Shown here piece after piece: positions 39,391 through 47,573 of a stretch of 47,573 bases of DNA. Source of the stretch: an uncultured Thermodesulfovibrio sp. (GTDB lineage Bacteria; Nitrospirota; Thermodesulfovibrionia; Thermodesulfovibrionales; Thermodesulfovibrionaceae). Where the stretch lies: assembly GCA_964509535.1 (NCBI GenBank), contig CAZDXM010000039.1, positions 1 to 47,573 of the forward strand. The letters are read 5' to 3'. Under the pieces are notes generated by a model. That model ran no database searches, had not been told where the DNA came from, and saw only the letters and a list, made by a program, of their open reading frames with translations. Position 1 is the stretch's first letter. The number at the start of each line of letters is the position of its first letter. Made by a program: the position numbers and the translations under genes.

Positions 39391-40568
39391 GTGAAATAAA
39401 AGTAACACTTACAGGAATTGCACACCTTGGAGAGGCAATTGGTAAAATTAACGGAAAAGTTGTGTTCATTCCTTATGGTATCCCTGGTGAGACTGTTAAG
39501 GCAAAAATTACAAAAGATGAAAGAGATTACTGTAAAGCTGAGATTATTGAAGTTATAGAGCCTTCATTTTTCAGAGAAAACCCACCATGCAGAGTTTTCG
39601 GAATATGCGGAGGATGCAGTTTTCAACATATTGCCTACAGTTATCAGATAAAACTTAAAGAGATGGTTGTTATGGAGCAGCTTAAAAGAATTGGTGGATT
39701 TGAGAATCCTGAAGATTTCTTAAAGCTTACAATAAAGGCGGAGAGTCCATATAATTACCGCAATAGAGCGGATTTTTCAATAAACAAGCAGAATCTTCTG
39801 GGCTTTAAAATGCGAGGAACTCATAAATTTATTCATGTTGAATACTGTCACATAATGCATAAAGAAATAAATAAAATGCTTTTAATGCTTCAGGGTAAAT
39901 CTCCAGGAAGAAAAACACATAATGTAACCATAAGATATGGTGTGAATACAGGACAGATGCTCATCCAACCAGAGATTGATACCAGGGAGATAGAAACAGG
40001 TCAGAGGTTTTACACGGAAAAACTTTTTGGTAAAGAGTTTATAATTTCTGCATCTTCATTTTTTCAGGTTAATACCTTTCAGGCAGAAAAATTGATTCAG
40101 GCTGTTCTGAATTATATTAATGAAGATGACACAACCATTATAGATGCCTATGCAGGGGTTGGAACATTTACAGTGTTTTTAGCTGAAAGGGCAAAAAAAG
40201 TGGTTGCAATTGAAGAGGCACGGACTGCTTGCAGGGATGCAAGGATGAATCTGAATAATTTTGATAATGTAACCTATTATTGTAAAAAGACAGAGGAGGT
40301 ACTTCTGATGAATGATATTATTGGTGATGTAATAGTCCTGGATCCACCCAGAACTGGATGCATGAAAGAAGTGCTTGATGCAATTGCCAAAAAAAATATC
40401 AAAAAGGTTATTTATGTTTCCTGTGAGCCATCAACTCTTGCAAGGGACTTAAAATATCTGAAAGAAAAGGGATATAAACTTATTGAAATTCAACCTGTTG
40501 ATATGTTTCCTCAGACATATCATATTGAAAATGTAGCCTTATTGAGACATAAATTTGCGATATCATAA
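39387..40568 (+). CDS. rlmD: RNA (uracil-5-)-methyltransferase, RlmD/TrmA family
   Basis: TRAM domain, C-x5-CGGC Fe-S motif, SFFQVN, DPPR, YVSC, DMFPQT. Confidence 0.88.
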   Translation: MSEIKVTLTGIAHLGEAIGKINGKVVFIPYGIPGETVKAKITKDERDYCKAEIIEVIEPSFFRENPPCRVFGICGGCSFQHIAYSYQIKLKEMVVMEQLKRIGGFENPEDFLKLTIKAESPYNYRNRADFSINKQNLLGFKMRGTHKFIHVEYCHIMHKEINKMLLMLQGKSPGRKTHNVTIRYGVNTGQMLIQPEIDTREIETGQRFYTEKLFGKEFIISASSFFQVNTFQAEKLIQAVLNYINEDDTTIIDAYAGVGTFTVFLAERAKKVVAIEEARTACRDARMNLNNFDNVTYYCKKTEEVLLMNDIIGDVIVLDPPRTGCMKEVLDAIAKKNIKKVIYVSCEPSTLARDLKYLKEKGYKLIEIQPVDMFPQTYHIENVALLRHKFAIS

Positions 40569-40579
40569 CCTCTTCTTCT

Positions 40580-41863
40580 TTACCCTTTTTCATACTTTAT
40601 TTTTGATACTCTCTGACCAACCATTTCAATTACTCTAAAAATTTTACCATTAACATTTACAGTATCGCCAACGCGAGGAATTTTTTGAAGTGCTGTAAGA
40701 ATAAATCCTCCAAGGGTATCATATTCTTCTGATTCTTCAATTTCTATTCCGTAGTCTTCTTTTAAATCTCTTATTGAAATAGCTGCATCAATTATCATTG
40801 AACCATCAGGAAGTATAATTACTGGCATTTCCGTATCATACTCATCCCTTATCTCACCTACAAGTTCTTCAATAATGTCTTCAAGTGTCACCAGTCCAGT
40901 TACAACACCATATTCATCAACAACTACTGCCATATGAACTCTCTTTTTCTGCATTTCTTTAAGCAAAATGTTTATTTTCATTGTTTCAGGAACAAACATT
41001 GGAGGTTTAAGGAGTTTCTTAATATCTAAGGCTTCTGGATTTTTAATAAGCGCATTATAAAAATCCTTTGCATGAAGGATTCCTCTAACATCATTTAAAA
41101 CTTTTCCCAGAACAGGATATCTTGAAAATTTTTCATCCATGATAATTTCCTTCATCTCATCAATACTCATGTAAATGCTTACAGTAACCATTTGAGGAGC
41201 TGGAACCATGATTTCTTTGACTGTTATTTCACTGAAATTGAAAACACTGTGGATAAGCTGACGCTCTTCTGGTTCAAATATTCCTTTTTCCTCTCCTTCT
41301 TCAATTAGAAGTTTCAGTTCTTCCTGTGAAATAAAGCCCCTTTGTGAAAAAGCTTTAAGTCCGAATGGTTTAAGAATAAAATTTGTGCTCACAGTAAGAA
41401 TTTTTACAAAAATAAATGTTAATTTTGAAAATCTATCAATAAATTTTGCAGTTCTCAAGCTCACCCAATCAGGATGAACAAGAGCAACAGATTTTGGAAT
41501 CAATTCGCCAACTACAACTGAAAAATAGGTAACTATTATTACAACCAAAGCTATAGAAATTGCCTCAGCAGAAATTCTTAAAAAATTGAATGGTAAACTC
41601 TCAATTAAAGGTTTTATATTTTTTACTGCATAGGCACCTGCCAGAGCTGATGCAAGAGAGCCTATTAGAGTAATTCCAACCTGAATTGTTGCTAAGAATT
41701 TATCTGGATTTTCTTTAAATTTCTGAACTATTTCAGCATTTGATTTTTTTTCTTCAATCAGATGTTTAAGCCTTGTTCGTCTTAATGTAACAACTGCGAT
41801 TTCACTTGCAGCGAAAAAACCGTTTAAAATAATAAGAAAAAGTATTAAAAAAATTTCATTCAT
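40580..41863 (-). CDS. CNNM/hemolysin-family protein (DUF21-CBS-CorC)
   Basis: NGFFAASE, GELIPK, FSRYPV, VVDEYG..TLEDIIEELVGEIRDE. Confidence 0.92.
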   Translation of the reverse strand: MNEIFLILFLIILNGFFAASEIAVVTLRRTRLKHLIEEKKSNAEIVQKFKENPDKFLATIQVGITLIGSLASALAGAYAVKNIKPLIESLPFNFLRISAEAISIALVVIIVTYFSVVVGELIPKSVALVHPDWVSLRTAKFIDRFSKLTFIFVKILTVSTNFILKPFGLKAFSQRGFISQEELKLLIEEGEEKGIFEPEERQLIHSVFNFSEITVKEIMVPAPQMVTVSIYMSIDEMKEIIMDEKFSRYPVLGKVLNDVRGILHAKDFYNALIKNPEALDIKKLLKPPMFVPETMKINILLKEMQKKRVHMAVVVDEYGVVTGLVTLEDIIEELVGEIRDEYDTEMPVIILPDGSMIIDAAISIRDLKEDYGIEIEESEEYDTLGGFILTALQKIPRVGDTVNVNGKIFRVIEMVGQRVSKIKYEKG

Positions 41864-41865
41864 AC

Positions 41866-42948
41866 TTAAAAGGACTTGATTCTTTCAACCAGTGCCTCTG
41901 CTACCTCCTGAGTTCCTACTGGTGGATTCGGATCATCAGGTGATTTCATATCATAGGTTACAGATTTACCCTCTTTTATAATTTCTGCTACAGCTTTTTC
42001 TATTTTATCAGCTGCCTGTGATTCACCTAAATGCCTCAACATCATAACAGCACTTAATATTATTGCAAAAGGATTTACTTTATTCAATCCCTTATATTTT
42101 GGTGCACTTCCATGAGTTGGTTCAAAGACTGCATATTTATCACCAATATTTGCACCAGGTGCCAGTCCCAATCCGCCAATGAGTCCTGCTGCAAGATCAC
42201 TTATAATGTCACCGTAAAGATTTGGTAGCACAAGTACATCATAAAGCTCTGGTTTCTGAACTAATTGCATGCACATGTTGTCAACGATTTTATCTTCAAA
42301 CTCTATATCTGGATAATTTGTTGCAACTTCTCTTGCAACCTCAAGAAATAATCCGTCACTGTATTTCATTATATTGGCTTTATGAACAGCTGTAATTTTT
42401 TTGCGTCTATTTTTTCTTGCATATTCAAAGGCAAATTTAACAATTCTTTCAGTGCCAAAAACTGAAATAGGTTTAATACTTATTCCTGAATCCTGCCTTA
42501 TTTTTTTTCCTGTTTTTTCTTCAATAAATTTTATCAAATTTAGAGTTTCAGCCTCACCCTTTTTAAATTCAATTCCAGCATAAAGATCTTCTGTATTTTC
42601 TCTAATTATAACAAGGTCTATATTTTCATATTTTGTTTTTGCACCTTTAAAACTTTTACAAGGTCTTACACAGGCATAAAGATCAAGAGCCTGTCTAAGA
42701 GAAACATTAACACTTCTGAAACCTGTTCCAACAGGTGTTGTTACCGGACCTTTAATTGCAATTTTGTTCTTCTTAATGGATTCTATTACTCTTTCTGGTA
42801 GAGGATTTCCTTCTTTTAGATAAACTTCCTCACCTGCATTCTGAATTTCCCATTGAATTTTTACTCCTGTAGCTTCTACAACCCGCATCATTGCCTCTGA
42901 TATCTCAGGACCAATTCCATCGCCAGGAATAAGTGTAATAGTATACAT
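41866..42948 (-). CDS. icd: Isocitrate dehydrogenase (probably NADP-dependent)
   Basis: PGDGIGPE, RSVNVSLR isocitrate motif, HKANIMK, NLYGDIISD, HGSAPKY (KY is NADP-type). Confidence 0.8.
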   Translation of the reverse strand: MYTITLIPGDGIGPEISEAMMRVVEATGVKIQWEIQNAGEEVYLKEGNPLPERVIESIKKNKIAIKGPVTTPVGTGFRSVNVSLRQALDLYACVRPCKSFKGAKTKYENIDLVIIRENTEDLYAGIEFKKGEAETLNLIKFIEEKTGKKIRQDSGISIKPISVFGTERIVKFAFEYARKNRRKKITAVHKANIMKYSDGLFLEVAREVATNYPDIEFEDKIVDNMCMQLVQKPELYDVLVLPNLYGDIISDLAAGLIGGLGLAPGANIGDKYAVFEPTHGSAPKYKGLNKVNPFAIILSAVMMLRHLGESQAADKIEKAVAEIIKEGKSVTYDMKSPDDPNPPVGTQEVAEALVERIKSF

Positions 42949-42966
42949 TAGTTTTAAGATTTCCTC

Positions 42967-44208
42967 CTAAGGTGTTACTGTAAGAATCTGCCTGACAATG
43001 TCAGGATACTTGGCAATAAATTTAAGTTCATCATCAGTAAGTGGTTTCTGAGTATGTAAATTTGCATACTGAACAAGTTCAAGTATTCTTCTTGCCTCGT
43101 TGTCATCATGAAATTCTATACCAAGTTTGCTGTATACATATCTGAACCCTTTAATTCCACCATATTCTCCAGTTGTGATTATTCTTCCTGTTTCAAGAAG
43201 TTCTGGCTCTCCACGACCTACTTCTTCTGGAGAGTAAAGTTCATAATTGGCTCTATCTTTTAAAATTCCATCTGCATGAATTCCAGATTCATGAGCAAAA
43301 ATATTTGCTCCAACTCCTGGCTGATTTATTGTGATCGGGATATTAAACTGATATGAGGCATATTTTGCAATTTTCCATGCCATCCTAAGATTAACATGCT
43401 CATCAAGTGGGCACTTCTCTTTTAACCCATGTGAAAATTTGAGTGCAAGGATTGTAGAAACTAAATCCGCATTTCCTGCTCTCTCACCGTATCCATTTAC
43501 TGTTGTATTTATATAACTGTCAACGCCTGCTTCAATTGTAGCCTGAGCACCTGAAACAGAAACAGCCTCAGCCATTCCTATATCATTGTGGCAGTGCATC
43601 TCAATAGGAAATTTTGTTGCCAAGGCAAGAGTATGAATTCTTTCATATATTGTAATTGGGTCTTCACATCCAAGGGTATCACAGTAACGAAATCTATCTC
43701 CACCTGCTTCTTTACCAGCAAGAATAAATTCAATAAGTCTGCTAAGTTCTGTTCTTGAAGCATCTTCTGCATTAAATCCCACAGTTTCTGCACCCATCTC
43801 CTTTGCAAGTTTAACAGCATTATACATACTTTTGACAATGTCATTCCATGTCTTTTTCCCCTGAAACTTTCCCTTAATCATAATTTCAGAAGTTGATATT
43901 GAAAGATTTAAGTGTTTAAGTTTTGGGCAGTTTTTAAATGCTAAATCAACATCTTCAGGAATAGCTCTTGCCCAACCCTCAAGATGAATTCTTTTAAAAG
44001 CTCCCATCTCTGCAAGCTCAAGATTGGCATTTATATAGTTTACTTCATGTTTCAATGTGGGGAATCCTATTTCACTCTGATAAATGCCCATCTCATCAAG
44101 ATATAAATTAAGCATAGTTTTGGAAAGTTTTGGAAGCAGTATTCTTGAAGTCTGCACTCCATCTCTATTTGTTACATCAATAAGATATACCTTTGGTTTA
44201 TTCTGCAT
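42967..44208 (-). CDS. LeuA/homocitrate-synthase superfamily enzyme, probable Re-citrate synthase
   Basis: DVTNRDGVQ, EDASR, HCHND, GERAGNA, HESGIHADG. No LeuA regulatory domain. Adjacent to icd. Confidence 0.75.
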   Translation of the reverse strand: MQNKPKVYLIDVTNRDGVQTSRILLPKLSKTMLNLYLDEMGIYQSEIGFPTLKHEVNYINANLELAEMGAFKRIHLEGWARAIPEDVDLAFKNCPKLKHLNLSISTSEIMIKGKFQGKKTWNDIVKSMYNAVKLAKEMGAETVGFNAEDASRTELSRLIEFILAGKEAGGDRFRYCDTLGCEDPITIYERIHTLALATKFPIEMHCHNDIGMAEAVSVSGAQATIEAGVDSYINTTVNGYGERAGNADLVSTILALKFSHGLKEKCPLDEHVNLRMAWKIAKYASYQFNIPITINQPGVGANIFAHESGIHADGILKDRANYELYSPEEVGRGEPELLETGRIITTGEYGGIKGFRYVYSKLGIEFHDDNEARRILELVQYANLHTQKPLTDDELKFIAKYPDIVRQILTVTP

Positions 44209-44260
44209 TTTTACCTCCTATTTGATGTTTGAAACTTTCAATTCATTAAGTTGCCATGAA

Positions 44261-44749
44261 TTATTTTTTATGGAATATTTCTCTTGGAATGGCGACCTTA
44301 CCAGTTCTTACAAATTCCTTTATACCGAGCGGTTTCATTAATTCTATAAAAGCTTGAATTTTTTTTTCATCTCCTGTAACTTCTATTGTATAGCTTGTTG
44401 GACCGGAATCAACAACTCTTCCACGAAATATCTCAACTGTTTTTAATAATTCAAGTCTGTTTTCTTTTTTGGGTGCAACTTTAATTAAAACCATCTCTCT
44501 TTCCACATGATCTATCTCTGTTAAATCAACAACCTTGATAACATCAATAAGTCTGTTAAGCTGTTTTGTTATCTGTTCAATAATTCTATCATCTCCTGTG
44601 GTAACAATTGTCATAATGGATATCTGAGGGTCTATAGTCTCACCTACTGAAAGGCTTTCTATATTATATCCTCTTCCACTGAATAATCCTGCAATTCTTG
44701 CCAGAACTCCGAATTTGTTTTCTACAAGAACAGAGATTGTGTGTCTCAC
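44261..44749 (-). CDS. ilvN: Acetolactate synthase small subunit
   Basis: [32 protein letters not shown]. Confidence 0.96.
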   Translation of the reverse strand: MRHTISVLVENKFGVLARIAGLFSGRGYNIESLSVGETIDPQISIMTIVTTGDDRIIEQITKQLNRLIDVIKVVDLTEIDHVEREMVLIKVAPKKENRLELLKTVEIFRGRVVDSGPTSYTIEVTGDEKKIQAFIELMKPLGIKEFVRTGKVAIPREIFHKK

Positions 44750-44758
44750 AGTTTCCTC

Positions 44759-46489
44759 CTATTTTACAGCTCTCAGTTTGCGTTCTTTTTTCTTTTCTTC
44801 AAAAATCATCTGGTCAATTGGAGCTCCAGGTGGTACCATAGGGTAAACTTTCTCCTTCCAGTCAACAACAAAATCCATAAATACAGGTTTTCTTATAGAT
44901 AAAGCTTCTTTTATAACAGGTTCTACTTCACTTGGTTTAGTTGCCCTTAACCCAACAGCACCATAGGACTCTGCAATCTTTACAAAGTCAGGTGCTGTAC
45001 TTAAATATGTATAAGAATATCTTTCATTGTAGAAAAGTTCCTGCCACTGCCTTACCATTCCAAGATAACTATTATTTATAATAGCAACCTTTACAGGCAA
45101 GTCATAAATTACAGCAGTTGCCAGCTCCTGGATATTCATCTGAATGCTGCCATCACCTGCAATATCAATAACTGTCATATCTGGAAAAGCAAGCTGAGCT
45201 CCAATTGCAGCTGGAAATCCATAGCCCATTGTACCAAGTCCACCAGAAGTTACAAGTCTGCGGGGAAGATCAAATTTATAAAATTGTGCTGTCCACATCT
45301 GATTCTGTCCAACCTCTGTTGTGATAATAGCATTTCCTTTAGTGAGTTCGTAAATTTTCTCAATAACATATTGTGGTTTTATTACTTTAGGATCAAACTC
45401 GTAACTAAGTGGTCTTTCTTTTTTCCACTGATTTATCTGTTTGAGCCATGACTTTCTGACTTCATTCCATTGAGGTTTTATCTCTTCTTTGACAATCTTA
45501 TTAAGAACTTGCAGAACCCTGCTAACATCTCCAACTATTGGTATGTCAACTCTAACATTTTTTCTGATTGATGTAGGATCAATATCTATGTGAATAATTT
45601 TTGCCTGCGGTGCAAAGGCATCTGTTTTTCCTGTAACTCTGTCATCAAATCTCATTCCAATTGCAATTATCAAATCTGAGTTCTGAACTGCCATATTAGC
45701 ATAATAAGCTCCGTGCATTCCAAGCATTCCAAGTGAAAGTTCATGGGTTCGCGGGAAACTGCCAAGTCCCATAAGAGTATTTGCCACTGGTATCTGTGTG
45801 AACTCTGCTAATTCTTTTAAGTATTCATGAGCATTAGAGATGATACAACCACCACCTGCAATAATAACCGGTCTCTTTGCCTTAGCTATTTCCTGAGCTG
45901 CCTTTTTTATCATATATATATTGCCTTCATATGTTGGGTTATAACTTCTTATGTGAATTTTCTCTGGCCAGATAAATTCTGTCTTACCCTGAGTAACATC
46001 TTTTGGAAGATCAACAAGAACAGGACCAGGTCTTCCTGTGGTTGCAATATAAAAAGCTTCCCTTATCTGTTTTGCTAAATCTTTGACATCCTTTACAAGA
46101 ATGTTGTATTTTGTACATGGCCTTGTAATTCCAACAATGTCTGCTTCCTGAAAAGCATCATTTCCAATAAGAAATGTAGGAACCTGTCCGGTAAAAATTA
46201 CAAGAGGAACAGAATCCATATGAGCTGTTGCTATTCCTGTTACTGTATTTGTTGCACCCGGACCGCTTGTAACAAGAACTACTCCGGGTTTTCCTGTTAC
46301 CCTTGCATATCCATCAGCAGCATGAGTTGCAGCCTGCTCATGTCTTGTTAGAATCAGTTTTATATCCGGGTCGTCATAAAGCAGATCAAAGATGTCAAGA
46401 ATTACTCCGCCCGGATATCCAAAAATATACTTTACTTTTTCTCTTTTTAAACATTCAACTAATATTTCTGCACCCTTCATTTTTGTCAT
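44759..46489 (-). CDS. ilvB: Acetolactate synthase large subunit
   Basis: [28 protein letters not shown]...NN TPP motif, GMVRQWQ. Confidence 0.97.
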   Translation of the reverse strand: MTKMKGAEILVECLKREKVKYIFGYPGGVILDIFDLLYDDPDIKLILTRHEQAATHAADGYARVTGKPGVVLVTSGPGATNTVTGIATAHMDSVPLVIFTGQVPTFLIGNDAFQEADIVGITRPCTKYNILVKDVKDLAKQIREAFYIATTGRPGPVLVDLPKDVTQGKTEFIWPEKIHIRSYNPTYEGNIYMIKKAAQEIAKAKRPVIIAGGGCIISNAHEYLKELAEFTQIPVANTLMGLGSFPRTHELSLGMLGMHGAYYANMAVQNSDLIIAIGMRFDDRVTGKTDAFAPQAKIIHIDIDPTSIRKNVRVDIPIVGDVSRVLQVLNKIVKEEIKPQWNEVRKSWLKQINQWKKERPLSYEFDPKVIKPQYVIEKIYELTKGNAIITTEVGQNQMWTAQFYKFDLPRRLVTSGGLGTMGYGFPAAIGAQLAFPDMTVIDIAGDGSIQMNIQELATAVIYDLPVKVAIINNSYLGMVRQWQELFYNERYSYTYLSTAPDFVKIAESYGAVGLRATKPSEVEPVIKEALSIRKPVFMDFVVDWKEKVYPMVPPGAPIDQMIFEEKKKERKLRAVK

Positions 46490-46547
46490 AGCTATGTCCT
46501 GTTTTTAGAATTTTAGAAAATAAAATAACATAATAAATCTTATTTAA

Positions 46548-47501
46548 TCAATAAGCAATCCATAGCTCTCTGTAAAAGACTTCAAAAATTTTTTTAGAAA
46601 TCATTTCTACATCAGGGTTTCCAGTTATATCAAACCATTTTATATTTTTTTCTTTTCTGAACCATGTGAACTGTCTTTTTGCGTACATCTTTGTTCTTTT
46701 TTTTATGAGTCTTATTGCCTCTTCAATACAATACATGTCAGCAAGATATCCAGCTATTTCTTTATATCCTATTGCCTGTAATGCTGGAAGTGGCAGGTTT
46801 GTGGTAGCGTTTTTCTTAATCAGGGACAGAACTTTCCTGACTTCTTCAATTAATCCAAGTTCAATCATTTTATCAACTCTTTCTTCAATCATTTTATAAA
46901 GTTCTTTACGATCTCTTGTAAGACCTATTTTTATAAACTCATATGGAAGGGGTTTTGTGAATTTCCTCTGCAATTCACTTATTGTTTTTCTCTCTTTCAA
47001 AAAAACCTCAAGCGCTCTGAGAGTTCTTCTTAAATCAGAAGGATTAATTTTTTGAGCATACTCTGGATCTATTTTCTTTAAAAGATTATAAAGTGAACCT
47101 GGTATTTTTTTTTCTTCTTCAAGAAGCTCTGTTCTAAGATTCCAGTCAGCATCAGGACCTTCAAAAATTCCTTCTGTCATCGCTTTTAAATAAAGTCCTG
47201 TGCCTCCTACAATCAGGGGAATTTTACCTTTTTCAAATATTTTTTCAATAATTTCACTTACCATTTCAATATACCTGCCTGTGCTGAAATACTCCCATGG
47301 ATTAACAATATCTATCATGTGATGGACAACTTTTTTTCTTTGTTGCAGGGAGGGTTTTGCTGTGCCTATATCCATATATTTATAAATCTGCATGGAATCA
47401 GAACTTACTATTTCTGCATTTAATAATTTGGCAAGATTAATTGATATCTCAGTTTTTCCGACTCCTGTTGGTCCAAGAAGGATTGCGATTTTTCTACTCA
47501 T
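46548..47501 (-). CDS. miaA: tRNA dimethylallyltransferase
   Basis: [43 protein letters not shown]. Confidence 0.97.
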   Translation of the reverse strand: MSRKIAILLGPTGVGKTEISINLAKLLNAEIVSSDSMQIYKYMDIGTAKPSLQQRKKVVHHMIDIVNPWEYFSTGRYIEMVSEIIEKIFEKGKIPLIVGGTGLYLKAMTEGIFEGPDADWNLRTELLEEEKKIPGSLYNLLKKIDPEYAQKINPSDLRRTLRALEVFLKERKTISELQRKFTKPLPYEFIKIGLTRDRKELYKMIEERVDKMIELGLIEEVRKVLSLIKKNATTNLPLPALQAIGYKEIAGYLADMYCIEEAIRLIKKRTKMYAKRQFTWFRKEKNIKWFDITGNPDVEMISKKIFEVFYRELWIAY

Positions 47502-47573
47502 TGATTTTATTATAATTTATTCAAAGTTGAATCATAGCTAAAAATTCTCTTTATGCCTAAAATTGCCATTAGG

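Noticed and set aside
42967-44208. nifV or alpha-aminoadipate lysine pathway
   Set aside because: No nif or lysW-type genes nearby, and the adjacent dehydrogenase has isocitrate/NADP motifs. Not fully excluded without an assay.
44235-44256. sigma54 promoter (TGGCA) upstream of the citrate-synthase-like gene
   Set aside because: No GC at the required GG-N10-GC spacing.

Overview
AT-rich bacterial chromosomal window, mostly housekeeping genes. Gene content (LPS genes, NtrY/NtrX, hydrogenase maturation, selenocysteine recoding) is consistent with a thermophilic anaerobic diderm such as Thermodesulfovibrio (Nitrospirota); this is an inference. Left part: 5' portion of a type I restriction HsdR gene running off the edge (absent from the ORF track), tRNA-Lys(CTT), ykuK-like, SprA-related, macro-domain/tRNA-Thr(CGT)/mtgA, and a long operon moaE-M48/TPR-dsrE-acyP-bamD-sirC-gnnA-gnnB-lpxB-waaA. 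Middle: rpsP-khpA-trmD-rplS-rnhB-hypF-K+ channel, a stand-alone tRNA-Ile/tRNA-Ala pair followed by small Cys-rich ORFs, usp, SDR epimerase, der, ntrYX, amidase-gerMN-murI-rph, rpiB-glyA. Right part: ino1-pgsA-DUF948-ytxH-hypAB-tadA, xerC-hslVU-rlpA-fmdE-rlmD, miaA, and ilvBN followed by a citrate-synthase-like gene, icd and a CNNM protein. Main points of interest: a DsrE-family selenoprotein (in-frame UGA in a UxxC motif with a SECIS-like hairpin), a decayed REP-like repeat translated in frame inside hypF, a probable Re-citrate synthase/NADP-IDH pair, inositol-lipid and diamino-lipid A pathways, several apparently leaderless genes, a terminator where rimM usually sits, and two small zinc-ribbon-like ORFs (one split by 1 nt) behind tRNA-Ala. 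No CRISPR array, rRNA or IS element was seen. Family assignments come from motif recognition and memory, not database searches.
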